Below, one piece after another: positions 46,696-56,784 of a DNA stretch of 64,000 nucleotides. The translations under genes and the position numbers were made by a program. This DNA comes from Candidatus Collierbacteria bacterium RIFCSPLOWO2_01_FULL_50_23 (GTDB lineage: Bacteria > Patescibacteriota > Microgenomatia > UBA1400 > MFAQ01). Positions within the stretch are counted from its first letter, which is position 1, and each line of letters begins with the position of its first letter. The DNA lies in the NCBI GenBank assembly GCA_001774555.1, contig MFAI01000036.1, positions 1,488 through 65,487 on the forward strand, read 5' to 3'. The notes beneath the pieces are model-generated. The model saw nothing but the letters and a program-made list of their open reading frames with translations, made no database searches and was not told the origin of the DNA.

Positions 46696-49336
46696 TCGCA
46701 AAATCCGTAGTTTGACTGGCTTCTTGACCATCAGAATTGTGCACCGTCACCGAAACAAAATGATTTCCCGTCATTAAACCGTGAAACGACTTCCGGTGGG
46801 GAAGTGAACCAAATCTCTGCTCCATGGTTCCGTCCAAATACAAATCGGCCCACTCAACCTCTTTATCCGAAAAAACATCAAACCTAACCTCCAGATCGCC
46901 GCCGTCGTAGCGAGTGTGGGAGGTCGGATTGGTAATATTGACACTGATCGAACTATTGCCTTCACAGAACTCCGTCGGTACTCTAAATCTCGTGTCTGCC
47001 GACTTTGTCGCTATCCAGCCGTCAATTGCCTTTTGCCACAAATCCCTATCTGTCAAAGAGTCTTTCTCGCGTGCCACAATTACCTCTTTCCAGTCAAAGT
47101 TTCCCGCCGCCACTTGAGCGGCATTAGCCAACTTGTCAGATTGACTCTTGCAAACAGGGGTCATCTTGTGGATTGGGTCTTCACCGGAGGGTAGTGTTCC
47201 GTCAATAAACCACTCTTTGTAACTTTCAAATCCATCATGCACGGGGAACCCGCTGATCTTATCGACCTCCACCTGAGAAACCCCCTTGGGAACGTCCCAG
47301 GGACGATCGGGGGTCTTACTAAGGACTTCAAGGATTTCTCTCCGCCAAATTGGTGCCGCCCCCGAAACACCACTGGCCACATTCCTCATCTGACTATTGT
47401 TGTTATTGCCAACCCAAACACCAACGACCGCGTCCCTGGTCCAGCCCAAAGTCCAGTTATCTTTTTGATCGTTGGTGGTTCCGGTCTTCACCGCTACCGC
47501 CCGGCTTCCAAGATTCAGATAAGAGTTCGGGGCAAAGGTGAGCAGGCGGGCAGTATTATCCGAAAGGACATTGTTGATCAAGAAGGCCACCCTTTCGTCC
47601 AGTACCCGTTCCGATGAAATGGCCCTGTTTTCCAGAAGAACCTTCCCGTTCCTGTCCTCAACCTTAAGGATTGCCACAGGCACAACTTTCATGCCTCCGT
47701 TGGCAAATGCCGCGTAAGCTGCGACCAGGTCCAGAAGGCGGATCTCACCGCCGCCCAAGGCCATCGACAAACCCAACCGAAGCTGGGTTTCTGTCGAGGG
47801 GTCCAGGCTATCGATCCCCATCTTGGCCCCCTGCGCCAGAACATCGCGCACCCCGGTTAGCGCCAGTAGTTTTACGGCGGGAACATTCAGAGAACTTCCC
47901 AAGGCTTCCCGAAGCCTCACTGCCCCTCGTTCTTTTCCGTCATAATTGCGGGGGTTGTAGGGAGTCGCGGCATCTTTTCCGGGAAACTCGGTCACCACAT
48001 CCATAAGCATCGTCGCCGGGGTAAATCCCTTAGCAAAGGCAGTCGCATAAACCAACGGTTTGATCGATGAGCCGGGCTGTCTCAATCGTGTGACTACATT
48101 AACCTGACCGTCAATGTCCTCGTCAAAATATCCTCTGGAACCAACCATCGACAGAATTTCACCATTATTGGGGTTAATAATCACACTGGCACCATTACTG
48201 ATCAGTAGTGACTTTTCCACTTTGGCAATTTCTTCGGCCACAATTTTCTCGGCCGCTTTCTGGAGCGGCAGGTCCAGTGTCGTCGTCACCTTTAACCCTC
48301 CCGCATCCATAATTCCCGGACCGAAAAGGTCATCCAACTGCCCTCTGACATGCATGACAAAGTGGCCCGCCTGTAAACTGGTGGCGCTTGGCTTGAACTC
48401 AACCTTGTCCAGAGCATCAACGACCTGTTTTTCCATCGTTGCATCAATGTAGTCGTCTTCACGCATCCTCCTGGCCACTTCTCGGGATCTGGTGACATAG
48501 GCCTTGGAGTTACTGGAAAGTAAGGGCGAGTAGCGGGAAGGCGCCTGAGGAATGCCGGCAATAATGACACTTTCTACCAAATCAAGATCGCGCACATCCT
48601 TGCCGAAATACATCTGAGCCGCACTAGCCACACCTCGGGCATTGCCACCATAAGGGGCTTCATTAAGGTACATCTGCAGAATCTCATCTTTGGTAAACCT
48701 TCTTTCAATTCGCAGGGCCAGGACAAATTCCCGAACTTTTCTGGTAATCGTTCTTTCATTGGTCAAAAGGACGTTTTTTACCAGCTGCTGGGTTAGGGTC
48801 GATCCTCCGATCAAGCGTTGCTGAACAATCAGATTCTTGGCGATACGGATAAACGCCAGGGGGTCGAATCCTACGTGTTTGTAAAAATCCTTGTCCTCGA
48901 TCGAAATGGTGGCGTTTTTCAGATAGACGGGTACGTCTGAAATCGGAGTGAATTTACGATTTTGGTCTACAAAAAGGTCGTACAAAACTTCTTTACCCGT
49001 TCTATCCAAAATCACCGACGAAAAACCCGTATACCGAACTACTTTATTGGGATCGGGCAGATCCCTGGAAAACCAAAAAACCAATCCGGCAAACAATACC
49101 GACCCCGTCACCACCAGACCAAACAACCACTTTCCCCAGTTGATTCCCAAACTGAGCTTTGTCAAACTAGGAAACCGAAATTTCTTTCTCCGGTATCTAC
49201 TATCAGCCATTGAGTATATCTTAAACCATACAGTCCGCTGGCGCTTAACTATTGGCTGGAATATAATCAAACTAATGTTGTTCTCCAAAAGAAAACGCAA
49301 ACTCTTCACCATCCTGATTTTTATCGGATCCCTCAT
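46628..49336 (-). CDS. Class A penicillin-binding protein (PBP1A-type bifunctional glycosyltransferase/transpeptidase)
   Basis: N-terminal TM. GT51 motifs EDKDFYKH and GGSTLTQQL. Transpeptidase SSIKP (SxxK), SxN and KTGTT. A ~150 aa C-terminal extension ends in a Pro/Thr-rich tail. Confidence 0.85.
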   Translation of the reverse strand: MRDPIKIRMVKSLRFLLENNISLIIFQPIVKRQRTVWFKIYSMADSRYRRKKFRFPSLTKLSLGINWGKWLFGLVVTGSVLFAGLVFWFSRDLPDPNKVVRYTGFSSVILDRTGKEVLYDLFVDQNRKFTPISDVPVYLKNATISIEDKDFYKHVGFDPLAFIRIAKNLIVQQRLIGGSTLTQQLVKNVLLTNERTITRKVREFVLALRIERRFTKDEILQMYLNEAPYGGNARGVASAAQMYFGKDVRDLDLVESVIIAGIPQAPSRYSPLLSSNSKAYVTRSREVARRMREDDYIDATMEKQVVDALDKVEFKPSATSLQAGHFVMHVRGQLDDLFGPGIMDAGGLKVTTTLDLPLQKAAEKIVAEEIAKVEKSLLISNGASVIINPNNGEILSMVGSRGYFDEDIDGQVNVVTRLRQPGSSIKPLVYATAFAKGFTPATMLMDVVTEFPGKDAATPYNPRNYDGKERGAVRLREALGSSLNVPAVKLLALTGVRDVLAQGAKMGIDSLDPSTETQLRLGLSMALGGGEIRLLDLVAAYAAFANGGMKVVPVAILKVEDRNGKVLLENRAISSERVLDERVAFLINNVLSDNTARLLTFAPNSYLNLGSRAVAVKTGTTNDQKDNWTLGWTRDAVVGVWVGNNNNSQMRNVASGVSGAAPIWRREILEVLSKTPDRPWDVPKGVSQVEVDKISGFPVHDGFESYKEWFIDGTLPSGEDPIHKMTPVCKSQSDKLANAAQVAAGNFDWKEVIVAREKDSLTDRDLWQKAIDGWIATKSADTRFRVPTEFCEGNSSISVNITNPTSHTRYDGGDLEVRFDVFSDKEVEWADLYLDGTMEQRFGSLPHRKSFHGLMTGNHFVSVTVHNSDGQEASQTTDFAINQDWAEPTPEPIPTPPFSPTI

Positions 49337-49368
49337 TCTGGTCGTTTCCTCACTGGCTCCCTTATTCT

Positions 49369-51360
49369 ATGGCCAGTAACAAACTCCTGCCCGAAGATAC
49401 CCTTGACCTGATTCCGGGCATTGGACCTGCTTTCCAAAAGACTCTCGCCCGTCTTGACCTTCATTCTCTTCGAGACCTCCTCCATCACTATCCCAGCCGT
49501 TATCTGGACTATCGGATCCACACCCCAATCAAGGATCTGACCGAAAAAAAAGACGTCAGCTTCGTCGCCACTATCGGTGAACCAAACCGATTCGTCAGCC
49601 GCACCGGCAAACTTATTATTCAGGCAATCGCGAGTGATAAAACCGGAAAGATCAAACTCACCTGGTTTAATACCCCCTATATTGCCCGCGTCATTTGCCC
49701 CGGGCAAACCTACCTTGTCGCCGGAAAAACTTCGTTTTGGGGCGAGTCACTGACACTGGTTGCCCCGATCATCGAGCCGAAAGGGGCGGTCTCCCTACAT
49801 ACTCACGGTCTGGTCCCGATTTATCCATTGACTTCCAGACTAACCTCACGTTTCCTTCGTCAAAAAGTCCACCTGGCCCTTACCCGATCACAGATCAAAG
49901 ATCCCCTGTCTGCCCGTCTGGTCAAAGAAAACAATCTGGTAAGCTACCAGGAAAGTCTTACGAATATTCATTTCCCCAAAGGGATGACCGATCAATTAAA
50001 GGCCGATGAACGACTTGCCTTCAACCACCACTTGGCGATCAATCTGAGTAACCAAATTGAGTTTGCCAGACTGCCCCCCGCGCCCGTTATTGCCCTCGAT
50101 CGAAAACTCCATAATAATTTGCTGGGCACCTTACCCTTCGAGCTTACCAAGGGGCAGGTCAAGGCCGTCGAGAACGGTTACGAGGATCTGTCCAAAAATC
50201 ACCTCACCCATCGGCTAATTCAGGGGGAGACCGGTTCGGGAAAAACCGTGGTTGTCTACTTTTACGCCGCTGTGACTATCGCCGCCGGCAACTCGCTTTG
50301 TTTACTGGCCCCGACTGAAATACTGGCTGCCCAACACTATCAATCATTTCTAAAACTAGGACTTTCCAAAGAACAAGTTGTGGAGGTAACCGCAAAAAAA
50401 CCTCTTCGCCATCTCCCTGGGAAACCTGCCGTCTTCATCGGCACACACGCACTCCTCACCCAACTGCCCCAAAAACTGCCTTTCCCCCTTGCCGTCGTTG
50501 TTATCGACGAGCAACACAAATTCGGCGTCGAACAAAGACAAAAGCTAACCCTCCGTGACCCGTCACCCCACTTATTCAATCTTACGGCCACTCCTATCCC
50601 GAGAACTCTCGCTCTGGGCCTCTTCGGAGAGGTCGCGGTCACCACTCTCAAACAAAAACCGAAAAATCGTCTGCCGGTTAAAACTTGGATTGTCACTCCC
50701 AGTCGCTACAAGAACAGCCAAAACTGGATCGAAGAACAAATCCGTTCGGGCAGTAAAATCTTTGTTGTCACTCCCCTGATCCATCACTCGGACAAAATCA
50801 TTGCTGAAAGCGTCGAGAAAACCTTTTTGGAGTATCAAAAGAAATACGGAAAGCTGACGGGGGTTGGTCTGATTCACGGTCAAATGAAACCTGAAAAGAT
50901 CGAGGCCGCCGTCTCCGCCTTCAAAAAAGAGACCGGCGGTATCCTGGTCTCCACCACCATCATCGAGGTGGGCATCGACATTCCCGAAGCCGACGTCATC
51001 ATTGTCCATTCCGCCGAACGTTTCGGCCTGGCCTCGCTCCACCAACTCCGGGGTCGGGTGGGCAGGGGAGCCCGTCAAAGCTACTGCTTATTGATACCGG
51101 GTAGCGACGAGCAGGAAGAAGAAGATCGTCTCCGGTTGCTGGAAAAATATCACTCGGGACTAATTCTTTCCAAAATGGACCTCCGCCTTCGCGGTTCCGG
51201 CGAACTCTTTGGCACCAAACAGCATGGCTGGCTACCGGTCCGGCTAAAAAATTTCTGGAACAAAAATCTCTTCCGTAAGGCCAGGGTCCTTGCCAAAAAA
51301 ATGGTCGAGCAAAACGAAACAGAGGCTGGTGTCATTGCCAACAGACTCATCACTTGGTAA
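49369..51360 (+). CDS. recG: ATP-dependent DNA helicase RecG
   Basis: Wedge/OB N-terminal region, then SF2 helicase motifs GETGSGKTVV (I), DEQHKFGV (II) and QLRGRVGRG (VI). Confidence 0.85.
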   Translation: MASNKLLPEDTLDLIPGIGPAFQKTLARLDLHSLRDLLHHYPSRYLDYRIHTPIKDLTEKKDVSFVATIGEPNRFVSRTGKLIIQAIASDKTGKIKLTWFNTPYIARVICPGQTYLVAGKTSFWGESLTLVAPIIEPKGAVSLHTHGLVPIYPLTSRLTSRFLRQKVHLALTRSQIKDPLSARLVKENNLVSYQESLTNIHFPKGMTDQLKADERLAFNHHLAINLSNQIEFARLPPAPVIALDRKLHNNLLGTLPFELTKGQVKAVENGYEDLSKNHLTHRLIQGETGSGKTVVVYFYAAVTIAAGNSLCLLAPTEILAAQHYQSFLKLGLSKEQVVEVTAKKPLRHLPGKPAVFIGTHALLTQLPQKLPFPLAVVVIDEQHKFGVEQRQKLTLRDPSPHLFNLTATPIPRTLALGLFGEVAVTTLKQKPKNRLPVKTWIVTPSRYKNSQNWIEEQIRSGSKIFVVTPLIHHSDKIIAESVEKTFLEYQKKYGKLTGVGLIHGQMKPEKIEAAVSAFKKETGGILVSTTIIEVGIDIPEADVIIVHSAERFGLASLHQLRGRVGRGARQSYCLLIPGSDEQEEEDRLRLLEKYHSGLILSKMDLRLRGSGELFGTKQHGWLPVRLKNFWNKNLFRKARVLAKKMVEQNETEAGVIANRLITW

Positions 51361-51369
51361 AATAGCCCC

Positions 51370-51519
51370 ATGGCCGCAACACCAAAACGCAAACTTTCCA
51401 CCAGAAGACAGGGCAAGAGGCGATCTCAGATCAAAGTTGAGGCGCTAAAATACATCAAATGCAAGAACTGTGGTCAACCAAAACTCACCCACTTCATCTG
51501 TTCGAACTGCCACAAATAA
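51370..51519 (+). CDS. rpmF: 50S ribosomal protein L32
   Basis: 49 aa ORF below the ORF-track cutoff: MAATPKRKLSTRRQGKRRSQIKVEALKYIKCKNCGQPKLTHFICSNCHK. Basic N-terminus plus a C-x2-C ... C-x2-C zinc ribbon is typical of L32. Confidence 0.8.
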   Translation: MAATPKRKLSTRRQGKRRSQIKVEALKYIKCKNCGQPKLTHFICSNCHK

Positions 51520-51535
51520 TTAGCTCGTTCCTTAA

Positions 51536-51901
51536 GTGAAAACCGCTGCCGATCCGCGTCATCTGAACCGAATAAAGGCATTCAAACAGATCTTTGCCAG
51601 ATCTTTTCTTGATCAGGTGGTTGACAACGACCTGGCTACCAACACCATCAGTCATCAGGACGAGATCGATGAAATCATCAAAAAATGCGCCCCGGAGTGG
51701 CCGCTCTCCCAAATCAATCGGGTTGACCTGTCCGTCTTGCGCCTGGCTGTCTACGAACTGCTATATAAGGCTGATGTTCCTACCAAAGTGGTCCTCGACG
51801 AAGCCGTTGAGATCGCCAAACGCTACGGCGGAGGCAGCAGCAGCAGCTTCGTCAACGGCGCTCTGGCGGCAGCACTAAAACTTACCAACCGAGAAACATG
51901 A
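51536..51901 (+). CDS. nusB: Transcription antitermination factor NusB
   Basis: 121 aa all-helical. RLAVYELLYKADVPTKVVLDEAVEIAKRYGGGSSSSFVNGAL matches the NusB C-terminal signature. Confidence 0.75.
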   Translation: MKTAADPRHLNRIKAFKQIFARSFLDQVVDNDLATNTISHQDEIDEIIKKCAPEWPLSQINRVDLSVLRLAVYELLYKADVPTKVVLDEAVEIAKRYGGGSSSSFVNGALAAALKLTNRET

Positions 51902-52587
51902 CACCAATGAATCCAAATAACCCCACCGTTTTCCAAAGTAGGATCGGCTATTCCTTCAAAAATCAGGCTCTCCTTACCACCGCCCTGACTCACCGTAGTA
52001 GTCTGAATGAACAAGGAGTCAAAGAAAGCAACGAACGGCTGGAGTTCCTGGGAGACGCCGTTCTCGAGCTGTTTATCACCAATTTCCTTTACGAAAATAG
52101 GCCCAACGACCCCGAAGGTTTCCTGACCGCAGCCAGAAGTGCGATTGTCAGAACCGAATCACTTTCCAAAGTCGCTGTAGACATCCAGCTGGGAGAAGAA
52201 CTGCACATGAGCAAGGGCGAAGCCATGGGCGGGGGCCGGGAAAACCCGTCCCTACTCGAAAATTCTCTTGAGGCACTTATTGGTGCCATTTTTAAGGACG
52301 GCGGATTCGAACATGCCGGCCACTTTATTGCCAAATTCATCCTCCCCAAGGCCAAGGAGATACTATCCCAGAAAGAACTCAAAGACCCCAAATCTCTCTA
52401 CCAGGAGAAAATCCAAAGCCGGGGCTTGATCTCACCGGTTTACAAAGTCATTAGCGAACAAGGACCTGATCACAGCAAAACCTTTGAAGTTGCAGTCCAC
52501 GTCGAAGATAAGGAAACCGGCAGGGGAAAGGGGAGGAGCAAACAAGAGGCCGAACAACAGGCCGCCCAAAAAGCCCTGGAATCATAG
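51898..52587 (+). CDS. rnc: Ribonuclease III
   Basis: RNase III signature ERLEFLGDAVLEL plus a C-terminal dsRBD (KSLYQE...GRGKGRSKQEAEQQAAQKAL). Confidence 0.88.
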   Translation: MTPMNPNNPTVFQSRIGYSFKNQALLTTALTHRSSLNEQGVKESNERLEFLGDAVLELFITNFLYENRPNDPEGFLTAARSAIVRTESLSKVAVDIQLGEELHMSKGEAMGGGRENPSLLENSLEALIGAIFKDGGFEHAGHFIAKFILPKAKEILSQKELKDPKSLYQEKIQSRGLISPVYKVISEQGPDHSKTFEVAVHVEDKETGRGKGRSKQEAEQQAAQKALES

Positions 52588-52630
52588 TTCCCGCCTGCCG
52601 GCAGGCAGGTGTGGTAAAATAGACAGCAAT

Positions 52631-52864
52631 ATGCTCAAAATCAAACTATCACCCATCGGCAAGATCAACCACCGTCAGTATCGCGTCGTGGTCGCCGAAG
52701 ACCGCGAAAAACTCACCGGCAATATCATCGAACACCTCGGTTCATATGATCCCCACGCCCCGGCCGATCAGTTCAAGATCAATAAGGATCTTTATCGATC
52801 ATGGCTCACGAAAGGGGCCCAACCTACCGATACCGTCAAAAGTCTGGTAGCCAAAACAAAATGA
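52631..52864 (+). CDS. rpsP: 30S ribosomal protein S16
   Basis: Start at MLKIKLSPIGKINHRQYRVVVAED (cf. MVKIRLAR.G.KKRPFYRIVVAD). The track ORF starts further upstream in an unrelated leader. Confidence 0.85.
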   Translation: MLKIKLSPIGKINHRQYRVVVAEDREKLTGNIIEHLGSYDPHAPADQFKINKDLYRSWLTKGAQPTDTVKSLVAKTK

Positions 52865-53130
52865 AACAACTCCTCGAGTACATTGTTCCCAATATCGTTA
52901 ATCATCCGGAAGATGTTGTCATCAACGAAACCGAAGAAAACGGCCTCATCAGTCTATCTATCAAGGTAAATCCCGAAGACATGGGTCGTGTAATTGGTAA
53001 GTCAGGCAAGGTCATTAAGGCGATCCGTCAAATCGGCCGTATTGTTGCTATCAAAAAAGGTGTCCGCGTCAACATCGATGTCGTTGATGAGGGCAACCGC
53101 ACCATTTCTGAGGAACTAAAGACCGAATAG
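52861..53130 (+). CDS. KH-domain RNA-binding protein (KhpA/YlqC-like)
   Basis: Start ATG overlaps the rpsP stop (ATGA). MGRVIGKSGKVIKAIRQIGRI is a type II KH GxxG loop. The classic rpsP-khpA pairing. Confidence 0.7.
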   Translation: MKQLLEYIVPNIVNHPEDVVINETEENGLISLSIKVNPEDMGRVIGKSGKVIKAIRQIGRIVAIKKGVRVNIDVVDEGNRTISEELKTE

Positions 53131-53883
53131 GTTTTCCTTTCCGACTCCTGCCGGAACTCCTCCCGAAGAGAAGGTCCCCAAACGTTTATAACTCGAAAGC
53201 GAGTTAATATTATCCAAATCCCTTTGTGTCAAAAATTTTCCTGACAGAGAATCGGCCGTGACAATCGAAAGCGGCATATGATAAAAGTTCAGACTCATCG
53301 AAAGTTTTGAATCGGACGCCCCGCTAAGAATCACTTTGGAGATTTCTGAAATTAAAAGTTCCGAAACCGAAGCAATCGGTAAGTACCGGTCAAGAGTATC
53401 AACAAAATTGATCAAATTCAGGGGCGAACCGGAAATTTCCAGTCTCACCGAGTGGGGGATCGCCGCTCCGACGTTCTTCACGATAGTCTCCTTCAGCTCC
53501 CCGCCGGCCAAGTTATATGTCACCAGATTTACCTGATTTTCAGAAGCTAATTTTCGAAGCGACAAGAGAATGTAGCCGGGATCAAACTTGTTTGGAATCG
53601 CCAAGTAGACGCTTTCGCGGGCCAAATCGTTCACATTTTGCTTGAAACTGTCCAAGGCGTCCAGGGTCTTGGCCAAGTTGTTATTTGCCGCTTCGAGATC
53701 AGAAACCTTTTTTGAAGCAGTCACCAGGTCGGCAAAACGAGGAAATACAAAAAGGAAAAGGACGGTCACCAGAAACAAGGCGGTCATTACTGCCACGATC
53801 GACTGTTTTATCAACTCGCCGTTTGATCCAACCGGTATGACGAAACCAAAAACCTTTTCTGTTCCGAGTTGAACTGTTGCCAT
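53116..53883 (-). CDS. PilO-like pilus assembly protein
   Basis: N-terminal TM (AVMTALFLVTVLFLFVF) then coiled-coil, directly downstream of the PilN-like and PilM genes. Confidence 0.45.
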   Translation of the reverse strand: MATVQLGTEKVFGFVIPVGSNGELIKQSIVAVMTALFLVTVLFLFVFPRFADLVTASKKVSDLEAANNNLAKTLDALDSFKQNVNDLARESVYLAIPNKFDPGYILLSLRKLASENQVNLVTYNLAGGELKETIVKNVGAAIPHSVRLEISGSPLNLINFVDTLDRYLPIASVSELLISEISKVILSGASDSKLSMSLNFYHMPLSIVTADSLSGKFLTQRDLDNINSLSSYKRLGTFSSGGVPAGVGKENLFGL

Positions 53884-54422
53884 TACTTTATCTTTAGTTC
53901 TAATATTATCAGATATGAGCCGGTTTTTTCCCTTTGGAGCGCTTTTTGAGCTATCGCTGAAAAAAGAAAATTTTGATCACTCTTGCTGCCGTCAATATTG
54001 CTGATCAGAAGGTCATAGTCAGCCAGGGAAGGCAGTCTAACCGAAACCGAGATAATTCCAGTTTGACCAAAATCTACCGCCGATAACTTTGCCCTGCTGG
54101 GTAACAGTTTATATACTCCGTCCAAAAAAATTTTGTACTTAAATCTTTTGCTTTGGATCAAATCCGCAGTTTCGATAATTTGTTTGACAGCCAGGTACTC
54201 CGCCACGTCGCGACTCCGCGAGGAATAGAGGCCCTGAAGCGTCTTTAACGACTCGGTTAATGAACTTGATCGAAATCCGAGATAGACGAACTGACCTGAC
54301 ATAAAGATGACCGATAGAACAAAAAAGGTCAAGCTTCCGAAGGTAACAATCGCATTGATCTGTCTGATTCTTTGGGCCTGTCGAAACTTCAGGGTATCTT
54401 GACGAACAATATTTATCTTCAT
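53883..54422 (-). CDS. PilN-like pilus assembly protein
   Basis: 179 aa. Short cytoplasmic N-terminus, TM (IVTFGSLTFFVLSVIFM), periplasmic domain. 1 nt overlap with PilM. Confidence 0.5.
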   Translation of the reverse strand: MKINIVRQDTLKFRQAQRIRQINAIVTFGSLTFFVLSVIFMSGQFVYLGFRSSSLTESLKTLQGLYSSRSRDVAEYLAVKQIIETADLIQSKRFKYKIFLDGVYKLLPSRAKLSAVDFGQTGIISVSVRLPSLADYDLLISNIDGSKSDQNFLFSAIAQKALQREKTGSYLIILELKIK

Positions 54423-55432
54423 TACTCCTCCTCGCTCGCTAATCCCGTGGCTACGGCATAGACCGGTCCCAGGTTTCTAATACTCTCGGACACATTAAAA
54501 CCCTCGAAGGCATTCCCGATAGCCACTTCCAGACCGGTTTGTTCCGTCAAGACCGGCACCAAGCCCTTGAGGTAGGCCCCGCCACCGGCCAGTATCAGTC
54601 GATCGATCTTCCTCTCGGGATAGGCAGACAGATAACTCGCGACCACCTTCTTGATGTCACCGATCAATCCTGACAAGACCGGCTCCATTGCCGTATAGAG
54701 CTTGCCCTCAAATTGTGCTTTTTCCAGACCATAGACCCTCTTATACTCCTCCGCCTGGTTTATAGCCAACCTAAAGGAGTCGGCAATAATCCTGGTAAAG
54801 GCCATCCCGCCCAAAGAAGAAAGGTAGTTGGTATAAATCACCGACGGATCTGCCACAACCATCCTGGTGTTGGAAAAACCGATATCAACCGCCAGGCTAA
54901 CACCGGCAACCTTTCTCGCGATAATGAGGCTCCTCACCAAAGAAACTATTTCATTCTCAACCCGATCTACCTCCAAACCAAGTAGGTCCATAAAGTTCAC
55001 ATAGGCACTGGAAATCTTGCTCGGAACAGCTACGACCAAAACCCTCATCTTTTCGGTACCCAGATTGGTCTTTGGTCTAAAAAGCACAACCCAGGATAAC
55101 TCCAATTTATCAATCGGGTAGGGGATCACTTGTTCTGCTTCCCATCTGATTGCCGTCGCCAGTTCAGGAGAAGACATTACCGGGAAGCTCATCACCTTGG
55201 TGAAAACCAGTTGCTCGGGAATCGAAACTACCACCCGATGCTTCTTTACTTTATTTATGGAAAGCATTCCACGGACAGCATCCACCAGACTGCTCTGGTC
55301 GGCGGGAACCAAGTCGACGCCCACCTTTCCGGTTGGATTTGGAGCAATGGCCGCAAGAGAAACGTTCCTCCCCGAAAGTTCAATTAATTTGATCGAACTG
55401 CTTCCGATATCTAGTCCAAAAAAGGCAGGCAT
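54422..55432 (-). CDS. pilM: Type IV pilus assembly ATPase-fold protein PilM
   Basis: N-terminus FFGLDIGSSSIKLIEL (actin/FtsA-like phosphate-1 loop) and PilM-length body. Confidence 0.85.
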   Translation of the reverse strand: MPAFFGLDIGSSSIKLIELSGRNVSLAAIAPNPTGKVGVDLVPADQSSLVDAVRGMLSINKVKKHRVVVSIPEQLVFTKVMSFPVMSSPELATAIRWEAEQVIPYPIDKLELSWVVLFRPKTNLGTEKMRVLVVAVPSKISSAYVNFMDLLGLEVDRVENEIVSLVRSLIIARKVAGVSLAVDIGFSNTRMVVADPSVIYTNYLSSLGGMAFTRIIADSFRLAINQAEEYKRVYGLEKAQFEGKLYTAMEPVLSGLIGDIKKVVASYLSAYPERKIDRLILAGGGAYLKGLVPVLTEQTGLEVAIGNAFEGFNVSESIRNLGPVYAVATGLASEEE

Positions 55433-55437
55433 AGGTC

Positions 55438-56232
55438 TTATTGTGTCAAACTACCATTGGTATACAAAACGTTGTCAAAAATTACCGGTACTCTGTCTGA
55501 AGTTTTCGAAAAAGTCAGATTTGTCACAACGTTGTTTTCGACCGTCCCCACGGCATTAATCGAAACCGTTTGACCACCGGCCAAAGTACCACCCACCGGT
55601 TCAAGCCCGACCGAGGTCTTTGCATACAGCGTCTTCACCCTGACCAACACCGGCGTTTGGGGAGCGGCCAAGTTGATGGGAACGGTCAGCTTGTTGTCAA
55701 AAGATACCGTCTTAAAAGTATAACTTCCCTCCGTGTAAGTGATCGGAGAATCGACTGTGGTTTCAAACTCATTGGTTACCGACCGGCCACTGTCAGGATC
55801 AGCGGTATAGTAGCTTACCGAATACCCGCTTGCCGCATCTCCAAAGAGAATGCTAACCATTATCGCCGTATTGGTGTTCCAGTATAGATTCAGGGCCGTT
55901 ATCCCGAGGGCTCCAACCAAAGAGGCCTGGACCACGTCTCCCTCATCAACTGCGTCCGCAACAAAACCGTTGACAGACTCTGAGGCATCATAGGTTGCCG
56001 AAAAACTACCGCCGCCGGGCAGTAAGGTTGGCGGAACATCCGCCTTGGTGTTCAAAGCCACTTCCAGAGCCGCTTCCGCCGCCTTGAATGACTGGCTGCT
56101 GACGTTTTCGATGCCCTGGCTTCTCAGGTTCTCAACAGACCGGCTGGCCACACCCACCGAAACGGCTCCCACCACCGCCATGATCATGATCAAGATTAGC
56201 GCAGCTTGACCTTTCATCGACTTGCCCGTCAT
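55438..56232 (-). CDS. PilX_N-like minor pilus-associated protein
   Basis: KGQAALILIMIMAVVGAVSVGVAS N-terminal segment as in the PilX N-terminal family. Remainder is Thr/Ser/Val-rich. Confidence 0.4.
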   Translation of the reverse strand: MTGKSMKGQAALILIMIMAVVGAVSVGVASRSVENLRSQGIENVSSQSFKAAEAALEVALNTKADVPPTLLPGGGSFSATYDASESVNGFVADAVDEGDVVQASLVGALGITALNLYWNTNTAIMVSILFGDAASGYSVSYYTADPDSGRSVTNEFETTVDSPITYTEGSYTFKTVSFDNKLTVPINLAAPQTPVLVRVKTLYAKTSVGLEPVGGTLAGGQTVSINAVGTVENNVVTNLTFSKTSDRVPVIFDNVLYTNGSLTQ

Positions 56233-56256
56233 AAATTTATTCTAGCATCAAAAATG

Positions 56257-56784
56257 TCATTGACCACTATTGCGCATCGTCACCTCAATAATATAGTCGT
56301 TGTTCACAATGGAGTCTCCTTGCTGGCTCGTCGAGGTTGCATTAAACTGCATCACCAGCCGGTCCGGTACACCCAAAGAACAATACCAGCTGAAGTAATA
56401 CCCCAAACCGGGTTTGTGGATCACCGTGACACCTTCCGGGTTGATGACGACCGTTTCGGCAGAAACCGAAGAGATCTGGCCGCCACTCTCGGAAATGGTT
56501 GAAAGTAGTTCATCGATCGCCTCAATCACCAGGGAATCGCCATTAAGGGACCCTGCAGTTAGACAGGCGTTACGGGATTGACCATCGAGCGAAATAGCTA
56601 CACCTTCCCGGAAAAAACGTCCAAGACCACTGGTGATCAGCCTGGATCGGTCATCCAGGGTTCTCCGAATCTCGATCTGTGAGGTCCCCCGCAGAGAACG
56701 GGAAAAAATTGCCGCCCCTGTCCCCGCTAATATCGCGATAATTCCTACCGCCACCATTAGCTCGATCAAGGTAAAGCCTCTCAT
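56257..56784 (-). CDS. Pseudopilin / minor pilin
   Basis: Start chosen at internal Met giving MRGFTLIELMVAVGIIAILAG. This ATG overlaps the upstream gene stop (ATGA). The track ORF extends 59 codons further 5'. Confidence 0.65.
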   Translation of the reverse strand: MRGFTLIELMVAVGIIAILAGTGAAIFSRSLRGTSQIEIRRTLDDRSRLITSGLGRFFREGVAISLDGQSRNACLTAGSLNGDSLVIEAIDELLSTISESGGQISSVSAETVVINPEGVTVIHKPGLGYYFSWYCSLGVPDRLVMQFNATSTSQQGDSIVNNDYIIEVTMRNSGQ

